The notes beneath the pieces were generated by a model. The model ran no database searches. It was not told the DNA's origin and saw only the letters and a program-made list of their open reading frames with translations. Below are positions 24,077 to 37,651 of a stretch of DNA of 64,000 bases, one piece after another (within the stretch, counting starts at the first letter, position 1; every line of letters starts with the position of its first letter). Source of the stretch: Chara braunii (taxonomy: Eukaryota > Plantae > Charophyceae); contig BFEA01000017.1 in assembly GCA_003427395.1 (NCBI GenBank), forward strand, positions 1,159,704-1,223,703, given 5' to 3'. The position numbers and the translations under genes are program-made.

Positions 24077-25199
24077 CCCTTGGAGATCTGAGACTTAGGC
24101 TTTTGCTCCACAGACATATACTTGAAGAAAAATCCTTGAAGGACTGGAGGCTCTGCAGCAAAGTGACAAATTATCTTGCTTTGACAGTAGTGCTTCATCA
24201 GGGACTGCAGCAAGGGAACGATGTAGCATGTCAGGGGCCTAACAAACCATTCCTTACCACAGGCATCCAGTGGCTCGAACTCTTTTCCCAAGTTCTTCCT
24301 CAGCCGTTGGACGAACTGAAGAGGTGGTTCCACACATGCGGGCCCCGCCCTCTCACATTTTCATGAGCCCGGACTTCGGCAAGTCTGACTTTTGCTCCAT
24401 GGTTAACAAAAATGAACAAAGAACCGGTTGAAAACGAAGACAGGAGGTACAATTTCTGAAAGACAGCCGAAAGTGACCGCCTGTGAAGCCCTGCTGTTTT
24501 TATCAGTTTTTGTAAACGATGTTACTAGGGACTTTCCCTGCAGTACCCCTGTGGAGGACATTGTTAAACCTTCAGCGTTATAACTTGAATGGCGACGCTG
24601 GTTCAATTTTGTGAAGTTGAGGGGATTTGTGAACAAGTGTTTCACCTTGTTTTGCCTCACCCCTGCAATGTTCTACTGTATTTGTTAAAGGGAGGCAGCA
24701 GTTGTTTCATACTTAGTCTAGTGCCGGTAAAGTAGCGGAACTTTCCTCTTATCGCTTTGGATCAGGCCATTGGTAGGAACCCAGCGGTCGTAAGGGGTCA
24801 CATCAAAGGGAAGGGGGTGGTTCACAGCGTCAAGACATCCTTTTGCTGAGGCTTAGCGAAGTCAGCGTTGCTATTGAACACAAGTGACACATCCTACCAG
24901 TGGAGTTGGCCAGGACCTGGTCTACATATGCATAAGGAATGGATCATAGTTGTCTGTGGATTCTGTACTCCCCAGGGCAGGATGCAGTTGGGGGACGAGG
25001 AAATGGGTTCGGAGGTTCACCAATAAAATTGCATGAACCGTTTTGTATGTTCACCAATAAAATTGAATGAATCGTTAGGAATGTTAATTTAACTTCATTT
25101 AGTTTGCCATACACGTGGGTAGAGTCGAGCACGTGGCATCCATATCCCATGGGACCTCGTCCACCTCCTGCTCAGTGAAAACCAGCACCTGACTACACA

Positions 25200-25530
25200 A
25201 TGGTCCCCCTTCGCCACTAACCTCTTCTCCTATGTGAGGCTGCAAGTGCTCATGCTGGCCTGGAGACGTAGATGTTTGTTCGAGAGAAAGGACCACCAGT
25301 TTGGACTGCAGCAAGCACAATAGGCGATAGAAGAAGAGATTAGGTCCCGTATTCATGCAGCCTGGAACTTGACGCAATGAAACAGGACTACCAGCAGGAA
25401 AAAGACTCCACGGCCAGACAAGCCCTTCGAGAATCCTATCTCCAGATCTGGCAGGACCCCAAACGAACCTTCTCCGAACTGGGGGACAAGATTAACATAC
25501 GCTGGAAACTGTGGAGACTCTGGAGAACAG
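25200..25530 (+). pseudogene. Possible LINE ORF2 C-terminal remnant
   Basis: LMLAWRRRCLFE...LRESYLQIWQD...INIRW resembles the W-x2-R-[NC]-x-F helix after zf-RVT; weak. Confidence 0.35.
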
Positions 25531-26446
25531 CAGAACCCAACTGGCAAAGGAGACCCTTGGGAGAGTTTCAAGGCCCATACCTCCAAACTAACTTTGTGTT
25601 CATACTGGGTCAGGCAGCGCCCCCCCCCTTCCCCGCCCCTGCCTCCCCCCCCCCCCCCCCCCCCCCCCCTGATACACATACTGCAGTGGTGCCTGATTGG
25701 AGAACAGCTGCAACACCGCAGGATCAACAGCACCGGAATCAGCAATCGCAGAGCGACAAGGCCGATGGTGGACAGCAGCAGGGTGGCAGACTCAAAGTTC
25801 TAAGAATGTGCATCACGCCCTCCGACAGTCGAACGCTGGAAGGCCGCATAGTCCCCTCCGGAATGAGTTCTGGAGAGCACAGAGTGGGCCAAGCCTGATT
25901 TCGCCTGCAATGGCCATGTAACTATCTGCTCAACAAAAGGGTGAAGGTGGGGAAATGGGAGGTGTGTTTGCCTGCAAAGGCTGGGGCATATTCGTAAGTG
26001 TGACGGACCCGCAGGGATGGCGGTCCGTCAGGATCAAGACGAAGGGATGAGGATGAGGGAGCTGGATCTGGAGCTGGAAGGGACAGCGCAGCTCCGACGC
26101 GGACTCAACACGCACGTACTCCAAATTGCGCAAATGAAGAATGATGCTGAAAAAGACTGCAGCTGGGGTATTCCCCCAGCGGAATGACTGGACTGGACTG
26201 GTACCGACAGTGGTACCGGGCAGGACTGGATGGACTGAATGAATATACGACCTGCAGGATCAGGCCACAGCCTCGTCCCACAGGCCGAACAGGCAAATAG
26301 CTAGATAACCCTGGCTGTAGGCCAGGGCAACTAGGGGCACGCTGCATGATCCTCAGACCTGTAATGGATCGCAAGAGCCATAAACACGCTTCTGCCGAAG
26401 CAGCAGAACTTTGCGGCAAAAAAGCTGAGAAATCTAGGATGCGGAG

Positions 26447-27366
26447 CAAGGTTGTCACGCCGGTAGCCCCGCGGCCCAAGGCGGGGTAGGGGTTTCATGC
26501 CGGAACCCCGCCGCGGGGATCCCCGACCCCCACTCCTGCCAAAANNNNNNNNNNNNNNNNNNNNNNNNNNNNNNNNNNNNNNNNNNNNNNNNNNNNNNNN
26601 NNNNNNNNNNNNNNNNNNNNNNNNNNNNNNNNNNNNNNNNNNNNNNNNNNNNNNNNNNNNNNNNNNNNNNNNNNNNNNNNNNNNNNNNNNNNNNNNNNNN
26701 NNNNNNNNNNNNNNNNNNNNNNNNNNNNNNNNNNNNNNNNNNNNNNNNNNNNNNNNNNNNNNNNNNNNNNNNNNNNNNNNNNNNNNNNNNNNNNNNNNNN
26801 NNNNNNNNNNNNNNNNNNNNNNNNNNNNNNNNNNNNNNNNNNNNNNNNNNNNNNNNNNNNNNNNNNNNNNNNNNNNNNNNNNNNNNNNNNNNNNNNNNNN
26901 NNNNNNNNNNNNNNNNNNNNNNNNNNNNNNNNNNNNNNNNNNNNNNNNNNNNNNNNNNNNNNNNNNNNNNNNNNNNNNNNNNNNNNNNNNNNNNNNNNNN
27001 NNNNNNNNNNNNNNNNNNNNNNNNNNNNNNNNNNNNNNNNNNNNNNNNNNNNNNNNNNNNNNNNNNNNNNNNNNNNNNNNNNNNNNNNNNNNNNNNNNNN
27101 NNNNNNNNNNNNNNNNNNNNNNNNNNNNNNNNNNNNNNNNNNNNNCCGCCACCACCGCCTGCGCGCCGTGGCTGACGACGCTGTCGACCGCCATGGCGAT
27201 CGCCTGCAGGCCGGACGAGCAGAAGCGGTTGATGGTCGCAGGCAGCACCGCTCCCGGCAGCCCCGCCCCCCGCACCCCGCAGCCCCGCCCCCTTGGACCC
27301 CGCCCCCGACACTCCCGGACCCCCGCACCCTCGTTGGGGCCCCGGGGCCGGTGCTCGACAACCCTG
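26447..27366. mobile_element. hAT-like TIR element spanning an assembly gap
   Basis: TIRs CA(A/G)GGTTGTC; 8-bp TSD ATGCGGAG (26439-46 / 27367-74); GC-rich CCCCG subterminal repeats. Confidence 0.85.
27146..27270 (-). pseudogene. Thiolase (acetyl-CoA acyltransferase) fragment containing the catalytic Cys, bacterial-like
   Basis: AGLPGAVLPATINRFCSSGLQAIAMAVDSVVSHGAQAVVA matches the thiolase T(I/V)NRxCxSGLQA motif; very GC-rich; cut off by the gap. Confidence 0.8.
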
Positions 27367-28053
27367 ATGCGGAGCAAGCTCCGTGTGGAGTCTGTGCGAT
27401 GCAGCCAAGGTTACATAATGTCAAATGAAAGCAAATGTCTGGTATACACATCCTCTTTTTTTTTCTGTTTTTTTCCATAATGGCGTTGTAGAGGTCAGTA
27501 ACTAGGTGCACAGTGATCACCTAGAGCAGTGGGCCATGGATGTTCTGGAATATGAAACCACCTCCCATACCATCCTCAAGTCAATACTCCTAGTGCACCC
27601 CCTATCCGACTATCCTTCCTCAGTGTGACCAACACACAGGACCATTACCCTACCAATGGGCAAGCAACTTGGACCAAACAGCAGTGATAGGCACCAGGGC
27701 TGATAGGTTGCCCAACCCTGGTGGAAGCGGAATCGGACGAGCCTTGTCGAAAAGGAACTTCGAACGCCAGACCCAAAAAATGTACTACAGGCCCCAAGAG
27801 ACTATGGACCCTAGGTTCAGACAGGGTAGCACCCAATGAAGCAGTCTGGCCGTCCTTCCCCTAGCTTACCCAAGGCCAGGCGGAACTCAGACTCAGTCTG
27901 GCCTGAGCGACTTATGTCCCTACCCTTACCCTAGGGTCTAAGCCTTATATAGCCTCCAGATAGTTTTATCTGAATGTCGGTAGGAACCCCTTACCTGAAC
28001 CTATTGCAGATACTAGACCTCACTCAGTGACTAGACCCCCCCAGTCTGATAGT

Positions 28054-28260
28054 TATGTAGTTCGCGAGCTATGTGTATACCCGAAGGTTGTATATGCTCG
28101 GTGAATCTATATATGGAGATGTACATACAACATCATGTGTGAAAACTTGTGTATGTAAGTCGTAGGCCATGTATAGTTCGCAAGCTATGTGTATGCCCGA
28201 AGGTTGTGTGTGCTCTGGAATCTATGTATCGAGATGTATAGGCAACGTCATGTAAGTATA
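28054..28260. repeat. ~115-bp imperfect tandem duplication
   Basis: TAGTTCGC(G/A)AGCTATGTGTAT(A/G)CCCGAAGGTTG occurs twice. Confidence 0.7.
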
Positions 28261-28599
28261 TCGAAGAGAGAACGGGGCAAGCTCGACAAGGACCCCCCTC
28301 AAAGTCCGAACCAAGCTCGAACCCATGACCTTGTAATATGGAATCGAATGACTCTACCATATGAACGACTATGGGAAATGTCACGAACGTGTGATATGGC
28401 AGAAAGGGGAGATTAACAGAACACACGAGACTAACACCCCCAAGCAACCCATGCGAAACCCAGAACCAACATATAACACCATGAACAAACCCTTGGGTGG
28501 TGTTCAACAGTTTTTGTAATAGTACCATGCATCAACATAAGGGAGTGTATGTCCAACCATGCGTCAATCTAACGCCCTGTCGGTGTCCATGCGAGGGGC

Positions 28600-28680
28600 T
28601 GCAATTGAGTTTTGAACCCGCAACCTCATACCACAATGCGCATTTCCATCCTGTGCTCTAACCACTGTGCTACGTCAACT
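28600..28680 (-). ncRNA. tRNA-like Pol III module (tRNA pseudogene or SINE head)
   Basis: Minus strand: GTTGACG-TAGCACAGTGGTTAGAGC (A box/D arm)...GCGGGTTCAAAACTC (B box/T arm); the anticodon arm is not canonical. Confidence 0.55.
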
Positions 28681-28701
28681 AACAAACAACAAAAAATGAA
28701 A

Positions 28702-31210
28702 TGTGGCAAGATACAATCCTAAAGTCCTAGAGGCAATTGCCTCATAGCTGAAGAAAAAAGAAAGGAATATGTCACAAGATAATGTCGTGTCGCGGAACCA
28801 CTAAGAGAGGGATGGTTGCAGAGAGGGTGAATGCAGCCTAAGGATCGGAACCCCTAACAGCAGTCACACACGAAGGTGGAATAGGCCATCAGGCTCACGT
28901 TGAGGGAGGGGTAGTGAAGAAAAACCAGTGACCGTGATAGATAGACCATCACGACGAGTAATGATTAACGAAAGGGTGACATCATGCAGGGTCTACCATG
29001 AAAAGGGAGCCTGGAATAGTGTGGAGATATGCCTAATTAAAGGCATGTAATGGCCAGCACTAGGGTGATGAGGGTAGTGGGTGAGGGAAACATACACACA
29101 ACTCACCGACTAGACAGGGAGTTAGGGCAAGGAGCAGGGAAATCAAGATAACGCTACGGTTATAATGTTTATATGATACCAAGGGAGAGCCGAACTCAGG
29201 GAAAACCAGCTAACTGAGAACTATCACACTACACATACAAGAGAATACACAAGGTAGGGTGGTGGCGTGAAGTAGTAACGTTCAAAGTAGTTGAAGCCGA
29301 TAAGGTACTAACTGAATTCGTCGAAGTGGTCGATGGCATCGATGAAGTAGAAGTCCAGTCGATGTTGAAGCAGAGTCGCAGAACGCTGGCATCCAGAAGA
29401 AGTTGATGATATAGTACCTGAAGGTGTGAGTCAGTAGGAAGATAGTAGGTGATCTGAGTGTTTCGAGACGTCGAGGGTGTCGACAAGTGCGTTGTGAACG
29501 AGCGGAGGCGTCCATCTGCTGTTGAAGAACGATCTTAGAGGGAGCGGGCAAGATACAATCCTAAAGTCCTAGAGGCAATTGCCTCATAGTTGAAGGGAAA
29601 AGATAACAATATGTCACAAGATAATGTCATGTCGCTGAACAACTAAGAGAGCAATGGTCTCAGAGGGGGTGAACACAGCCTAAGAATTGAAATTCCTAAG
29701 GGCAGTCACACATGAAGGTAGGATAGATCATCAAGCTCATAGTAAGGGAGTGGTAGCGAAGCAAAGCTAGTGACTATAATAGATAGACCATTGAGGCGAG
29801 TAATGCTCGAAAAAAGGGTGACACCATGCAGGGTCGACCATGAAATGAGAGTCTGGAATAGGGTGGAGATATGCGTAGTTAAAGGCATGCAATGACTGAC
29901 ACTAGGGTGATGAGGGTAGTGGGTGAGGGGAAAACATGCACACAGCTCACCGATTGGAGAGGGGGCGAGGTTGGGGAGCAGGGAAATCAAGATAACACTA
30001 CGGTCCTAATATGCCTTTGTGATATCAAAGGAGAGTCCAACTCAGGGGAAACCAGCTGAGAGAGAACCATCAAGCGACATATATAAGAGAATGCATAAGG
30101 TAGGGTGGTGGCATGAAGTAGTCACGTCCAAAGTAACTGAAGTCGATAAGATAACTCAAGTCGTCGAAGTGGTCGATGACGTTGATGAAGTAGAAGTCAA
30201 GTCGATGTTGAAGCAGAGCCGCAAAACGCTAACATCCGCAAAAAGTTGATGATGTAGTACGTGAAGGTGTAAGTTAGTAGGTGATCAGAGTGTCATTCGT
30301 CGAGGATGTGCGTTGTGAACACGTGAAGCCGTTTGTATACTGTTGAAGAACGACCTTAGATGGAGCGGGCAAGATACAATCCTAAAGTGTTGGAGACAAT
30401 TGCCTCATAGCTGAAGGGAAAAAATAGCAATACGTCATAAGCTAATGTTGTGTCGTTGAACCACTAAGAGAGCGATGGTCTCCGAAAGGGTGAATGCAGC
30501 CTAAGAATCACAACTGCAAAGGGCAGTCACACACGAAGGTGGGATAGGTCATCAAGCTCACGGTGAAGGAGTGGTGGCGAAACAAAACCAGTGTCTGTAA
30601 TAGATAGACCATCAAGGCGGGTAATGCTCGACAAAAGGGTAACACCATGCAAGGTCGACCATGAAAAGGGGGTTTGGAATAGGTTAGAGATATGCATAAT
30701 TGAAGGGATGTAATGGTCGACACTAGGGTGATGAGGGTAATGGGCGAGGAAAGCATGCATACAACTCACCGACTAGAGAGAGAGCTAGGTCGGGGAGCAG
30801 GGAAATCAAGATAACGCTACGGTCATAATCCCTATGCGATAACAAAGGAGAACCTTACTCAGAGAAAACCAGCTAAGTGACAACCATCATTCGACACATA
30901 CAAGAGAATGCACAAGGTAGGGTTGTGCCGTTAAGTAGTCACTTACGAAGTAGCTGAAGCCGATAAAGTAACCGAAGTCGTTGAAGTGGTTGATGTCGTC
31001 GATGAAGTAGAAGTCAAGTTGATGTGGAAGCAGAGACGCAAAGCGCTTACATCTTGAAGAAGTTAATGATGTAGTACCTGAAGGTGTGAGTTAGTAAGAA
31101 GATAGTAGGTGATCAGAGTGTTAGTCGTCGAGATGTCGAGAGCGTCGACAAGTGCGTTGTGAACATGCAGAGGTGTCTGTCTTCTACTGAATAACGACCT
31201 CAGAGGGAAC
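28702..31210 (-). repeat. Three tandem ~820-845-bp repeats downstream of a chromovirus pol end (LTR-like)
   Basis: GGCAAGATACAATCCTAAAGT starts at 28705, 29547 and 30368. Each unit includes the last codons of the pol ORF. The outer end reads ...CA on the minus strand. Confidence 0.85.
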
Positions 31211-31400
31211 AGGTTCATCCTCAACAATCTCCTCAGGTGGAGGAGGAGGAAGAGGGTCAGTCGCCTGAATAGGAGCATATGTCTCAGCACAACGAGTACG
31301 ATCATATGCACGCACCAACGTCTGGGCGTGCTCCAAGTTTTCAAGGGGTTTCCAAGTAGCCCCCTCATCAGAATAGTCCTTCCAACGCACAAGCCTCGAG
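31184..31400 (-). pseudogene. Chromodomain at the C-terminus of a chromovirus (Ty3/gypsy) integrase
   Basis: LVRWKDYSDEGATWKPLENLEHAQTLVRAYD. Confidence 0.85.
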
Positions 31401-32134
31401 GTACTCGATGCGTGGAGGGGTATCGTCGGTAACTCGGCGAGAAACGATGTCGGAAATGATGAACTCCTCATGACCGTCCACCATGATAGGTGGAAGGCGT
31501 TCATAAGGACGTCCGACGAATCGTTAGGACGGTCTGCGATAAGGACGTAGTAAAGAGACGTGGTATACATCGTGTACGCAAGTCTGTCGATGGTAATCAG
31601 GTAGCTTCACACAAAGATTATTCGCAGGCTGATGATCTAAGCAAGACGAAAACTTTTATTGTTGATCAGATTAATGTGTTAAAACTTAAAACTAAGAGTG
31701 ATTAGTTGGTGATTATATTAGATTAAGTAAGAGTGAAGATAAGTGTGTGCGATAGGATCACGTGTATATGCTGACATTTATAGTGATAATTGCAGTTATG
31801 AATTTGTTGATTTTGGTGTCATAGAGTATTTTGGGCAATGATATGCGTGTCTGACATCGTTTGGGTAGGTTATTACCTATATCGGTGTAGCTTTGCACGT
31901 ACATATACTCGAGTAGGAATCTTTTATACCTGACGGAGCAGCTAAACTAGCTCATTTACCATCACAATGTCAGATTATGCTCATATTAGGGAGAAGCCAG
32001 GGATTTTTTTTTTTTTTTTTCGCTATCATAGGACTACTACAAGTTCAAATATGGGAGTCTTTTATGAAAAACGCATTGAATATCCATTATAGTATCCCCC
32101 CTTCGATTGGATGACAATTTTATTTTTTTGTTAG

Positions 32135-32832
32135 TTTGATTAATTGATTGATTGATTGATTTTAGGAAAAAAAAGAAAAGGTGGGTTAGGGGGTTGGGCG
32201 GTAGGTGAGAGGGGGTTGAGGCGAGACAATCGGCCTCTCACTCTCCTGGCGCCCTGCCCCCTCCCCCGACCCCACTTTGTCCTCCTCCTCCTCCCTCCTA
32301 TTCTCCTCCTCCTTCGCCTCCTCCTCCTTCGCCTCCTCTCCGTCCTCCTCCCTATCGTCATCCTCCTCCTCTTTCTCCTCCTCCTCTTCTTTGTCGTCCT
32401 CCTCTTCCTCCTCGTCTTCCTCCTGCTCTTCTTCCTCCTCCTCTTCTTCCTCCTCCTCCTCTTCCTCCTCCTCCTCCTCCTCCTCCTCCTCCTCCTCTTC
32501 CTCCTTCTCCTCCTCCTCCTCCTCCTCCTTTTCCTCCTCCTCTTCCTCGTACGCCCCCTCCTCTTCCTCCTCCTCGTTTTCCCCCTCCTCGTCCTCCTCT
32601 TTGTCCCTCCTTTGTCCTCCTCTTCGCCGTCCTCCTCCTCCTCTTCCTCCTCTTCTTCCTCCTCCTCCTTCTCCCTTTCCTCCTCCTCCTCTTCTTCCTC
32701 CTCCTCCTCTTCCTTTTTTTTTTTTAATTAGTCAATCAATTATTCATTCAAAATTTGTTGATTTCGACGGATCTTTATTGAATAAAGATCCGTCGAATCC
32801 ATCGAAATCGACGGATCTTGAATGATTGATTA

Positions 32833-32866
<34 letters not shown>

Positions 32867-33380
32867 AATGTGGAGTCTCGTTAAACGATTCAGGCGCGTC
32901 ACTAGCTACATGACCAGGCATTTGACTTGCTTCAAAGTTCAGATAGTCATAGTTACTCCTGCCGTTTATACCCAAAAGATGAGGTGTTGTTTTTCATCCG
33001 TCGGTATAAAGATAACGACGATGAATCTGAGATGGAGGAGGAGGAGAAAGGAAGAGGCGATGAAGGAGGCCGAAGAGGAGGAGGAGAAGTTGATGGAGGA
33101 CGTGGAAGAGGAGGAGGAGGGGGAGGAGGAGGAGGAACGAGAGGAAGAGGAGAGGGAGGCGGAGGACAAGGAGGAGGAAAAGGAAAAGGTAAAGGAGGAG
33201 GAAAGGGAGGAGGTCATGGAGGAAGAGGAGGAGGAGGAGGAGGAGGAGGAGAAGGAGGAGGAGGAGGCACACGAGAGGAGGACTACTCCGGGCTGGGGGA
33301 TGACTCCCCTCACCTCCGCCTTTTTCTTTTCTTTTCTATTAATCGGTTGTCTCCCCTCCCCTCCGCCTTTTTTTTCCTTC

Positions 33381-33426
<46 letters not shown>

Positions 33427-33457
33427 TAATCAATCAGTGTATCAATCAATCAATCAG

Positions 33458-33488
<31 letters not shown>

Positions 33489-33513
33489 GTCAATCAATTA
33501 ATCAATCAATCAG

Positions 33514-33544
<31 letters not shown>

Positions 33545-33682
33545 GTCAATCAATCAATCAATCAATCAATCAATTAATCAATCANAATCAATCAATCAAT
33601 CAATCAGTCAATCAATCAATCAATCAATCAATCAATTAATCAATCAATCAGTCAATCAATCAATCAATCAATCAATCAATTT

Positions 33683-33719
<37 letters not shown>

Positions 33720-33778
33720 CCATCTATTCATTAATTCAAGATCGACGAAAATCGACGGATCTTGATTGATTGATCGAC

Positions 33779-33863
<85 letters not shown>

Positions 33864-34565
33864 GGAAAAAAAGAATCTCGTTAATCGATTCAGGCCCGTG
33901 ACTAATTAGATAACGAGGCATTGACTAGCTTCAGACGGTCATTATTATTCCCGCCATTTACTCCCAAAAGATGAGGTGCGTTGTTTCGCCCGTTGGTATA
34001 AAGATGACGAGGACGAGGCTAAGGTGGAGGAGGAGGAAAAAAAAAAGGGCAATGGAGGAGGTTGAAGAGGAGGAAGAGGCGATGAAGGAGGAAGACGATG
34101 AGGAGGAGGNGGAAGAGGAGGAGGAGGAGGAAGAGGAGGATAGGGAGGCGAAGGACAAGGAGGAGGAAGAGGAGCAGGCGATGGAGGGGGAAGAGGAGCA
34201 CAAGGCGGAGGAAGAGGAGGAGGAGGAGGAGGAGGAGGAAAAAGAGGCGATGGAGGAGGAGGAAGAGGAGGAGGAGAAAGAGGCAATAAAGGAGGAAGAG
34301 GAGGAGGAGGAGAAAAAGGCGATGGGGGAGGAGGAAGAGGAGGAGGAGAAAAAAGCGATAAAGGAGGAAGAGGAGGAGGAGGAGAAAGTGGCGGTGGAAG
34401 AGGAGGAAGATGAGGAGGAGGAGGAGGGGGGGAGGAGGGGGGGAGGAGGAGGAGAAACACGAGAAAAGAACTATGTCAGAGTAGCGACTAGCTCCCCTCT
34501 CCTCCACCTTCATTTTCTTTTCTTCTATCCATCGGTTGACCCCCCACCCCTCCGCCTTTTTTTTT

Positions 34566-34646
<81 letters not shown>

Positions 34647-34669
34647 CCAATCAGTCAATTAATCGATGT

Positions 34670-34715
<46 letters not shown>

Positions 34716-34747
34716 GAATTAATCAATCAATAAATTGATCAATCAAT

Positions 34748-34781
<34 letters not shown>

Positions 34782-34841
34782 TCTATTCATTCATTCAAGA
34801 TCCGTCGATTTCGACGGAAAGTTCGTCGAAATCGATGGACG

Positions 34842-34906
<65 letters not shown>

Positions 34907-34946
34907 CGATGGATCGATGGATCGATGGATCCATCGATCGATTGAT

Positions 34947-34983
<37 letters not shown>

Positions 34984-35955
34984 AATTAATTAACTGGAAA
35001 AAAAAAAAATCTCGTTGTTCAATTCAGGTTCGTGACTGATTAGATGACAAGGCATTCACTAGCTTCGGACTCTCACAATTACTCCCGCCGTTTACCCCTA
35101 AAAGATGAGGTGCGGTGTTTCACCCATTGGCATAACGATGACGAGGACGAGGCTGAGGTGGAGGAGGAGGAGAAAGGAAGAGGCAGATGGATGAAAAAGG
35201 AGGCGACGTCGATGGAGGAGGAAGAAGATGCGGAGGAGGTGGAAGAGGAGGAGGTGGAAGAGGAGGAGGAAGAGGAAGAGGAGGAGGGGGAGGCAAAGGA
35301 CATGAAAGAGGAAGAGGAGCATGCGATGGAGGGAGAAGAGGAGCATGAGGAGGAGGAAGAGGAGGAAGAGGAGGAGGAGGAGGAGGAAAAAGAGGCGATG
35401 GAGGAGGGAGAGGAGGCGGAGGAGAGTAGGAAGAGGAGGTAGAAGACGAGGAGAAGGAGGAGGAGGAAGGCGAGAAGGAGGAGGAGGAGGAGGAGGATAA
35501 CAAGGAGGAGGTGGAGTGAGGTGGAAGATGAGGAGGAGGAGGAGGAGGAGGTGAAAGACAAGGAAGAGGAGGAGTAGGAAGAGTAGGAAGAGGCTCACCT
35601 TAGCGACAGGTAGAGGAGCAGCTCGTGACGATGGCTCCAGCAGAGGCGACTATGCCTGTAGCAGGGGAACAGCAGGGAAGCGGGGCAGCGAGGAGGAGGA
35701 GGAGGAGGAGGAAGAGGAGGAAGAGGAGGAGGAGAAAGCCAAGGAGGAAGAGGAGGAGGAGGAGGAGGAAGACGACGAGGAGGAAGAGGCTCACCTTAGT
35801 GACGGGTAGAGGAGCAACTCCAAACGATGGCTCCAGCGGAGGCAGCTATGCCTGCAGCAGCGGAACAGTGGGGCAGCGAGGCAGGGGGCAGCGGGGCAGC
35901 CATCATTAAGCAGCGGAGCAGTGGGGAGGAAGAGGAGGAGGAGGAGGAAATGGAG

Positions 35956-35988
<33 letters not shown>

Positions 35989-35989
35989 A

Positions 35990-36020
<31 letters not shown>

Positions 36021-36300
36021 GGAAGAGAAGGAGAAAGAGGAGGAGGAGGAAGAGAAGGAAGAGGAGGAGGCCGCCAAGGAGGAAGAGGGGGAGGATGCCA
36101 AGGAGGAAGAGGAGGAGGAGGAAGAGATGGAAGACGAGGAGGAGGAGGAGGAGGAGGAAGACGAGGAGAAGGAGGAGGAGGAGGAGGAAGAGGAGTAAGG
36201 TGGAAGACGAGGAGGAGGAGGAGGAGGTGAAAGACGTGGAGGAGGAGGAGGAGGGAAGGATGAGGAGGAAGAGTAGGAAGAGGTTCACCTTAGCGACGGG
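32135..36300. repeat. Composite low-complexity block: (GAG)n/(CTC)n and (TCAA)n/(TTGA)n inside a ~1.05-kb higher-order repeat
   Basis: A unique spacer (TCTCGTT...TTCAGG...AGGCATT...GCCG/ATTTA..CAAAAGATGAGGTG) recurs at ~32875, ~33876 and ~35010; GATCCGTCGA palindromes separate the TCAA and TTGA tracts. Confidence 0.9.
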
Positions 36301-37651
36301 TAGAGGAGCAGCTCCCGGCGATGGCTCCAGCAGAGGCGGCTATGCCTGCAGCAGCGGAACAGCGGGTCAGCGAGGCAGTGAGCAACGAGCAGCGAGCAAC
36401 AAGGCAGTGGGGCTGTAGGGCAACAGGGCAGCGAGCAACAAGCAGTGAGGCAACGAGCAGCGAGCAGCGGGGAGGCGGGGCAGCGGGCTGTGCGATTTCG
36501 AATTCAAAATTGGCCCGATTTGGACCATCGATCTTGGTGGACCGACGACCCAAATCAGACTTTTTTTTTTCAAAATTTGTAGTCTTATTCAGGATCCGCC
36601 ACCGTGAGGTATTGCCAGGGGTTGATCAAAACCCCTTGGCACCCCTAGAACCCAAGAAGAAGCCCTGCGCCTATCTTGCGCAGGCCCCATAATGTTTATT
36701 TCCAGGTTCTTTCGGGTGGAATTTCCGGCTGGATATTCCGGATGGTCCTGGGCCATCCGGATATTCGAAAAAAAAAACTTAGCTCTTAACATCTGTCAAG
36801 TCTCTAGGGAATGAGTTGGTATTGATTATATGAATTAGATTTTTCTTATATTGTACGGATGGTTTGAGAATGAGAAGCGTCCCGATTATGCACTTACGTA
36901 CCTTGACTCGTATGCAGTAGCCGGAGTTAGTACCCTTTTGACCTAGATATTCGAAGTGTTTGGACGGTGCTTTACATGTCTGATGCGACGAAGGTTGAGG
37001 GAGGCGACATTAGCATTGCTAAGCATATTCATTGTTAAAATCAACCCTATAAGTACCTATTATGGCCACATGAGCCATATCAGTTGTCATGATAACATCA
37101 TGGTACGCATGCATTGGGATGTGGCTGAGGATGAGTGAGAAAGTCTCTCCCTTGCTAAAAATTAAAATCATAGACCCTTTGCCTAAGTACTATGTTGGAG
37201 GTCGTTAGGACTTCAAGGAGGGGTAGGCTAAGGCGGCCGACAATTTTACGAGTATGAAGTGAAATTTTTTATTTTGGGTTCTAAATGATTGATTAAATTA
37301 TTTAGGCATGAACGAGTTAAGGTTTGTCATGTGTTACCTGATGTGTTTCAATTAAACATATAACGTGGTAGACAAATGTAGTGAGCACCGTGTTAGGACC
37401 TCAGGGGAAGAGGCTATTGGCGGTAGTAGAAGGTGAAAAGTGTGCATGGTGTCTTCCTTGTAAAAAACAATTCTGATATTAAGTGCAGTCAGCGTGACAG
37501 TGAAGAGACTAACACTTCAACCATCCTAGTTATCTTTGATAGGGTGGTGAGATTCGAATAGTATTAGGTCTTCGCTTGAACCCTTCCAAGTTTAGACCAT
37601 CCGCTTGAATCTATGTAGTTGGAGCTGAGCACTTACAACTATCTTTCTTAA

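Noticed and set aside
24080-24920. Coding-like minus-strand fragments (also 18760-19030)
   Set aside because: No recognisable domain; probably decayed transposon sequence.
32140-36420. Poly-E, poly-S, poly-L, poly-R and SINQ-repeat ORFs
   Set aside because: Translations of (GAG)n and (TCAA)n microsatellites, open in several frames with no domain signal.
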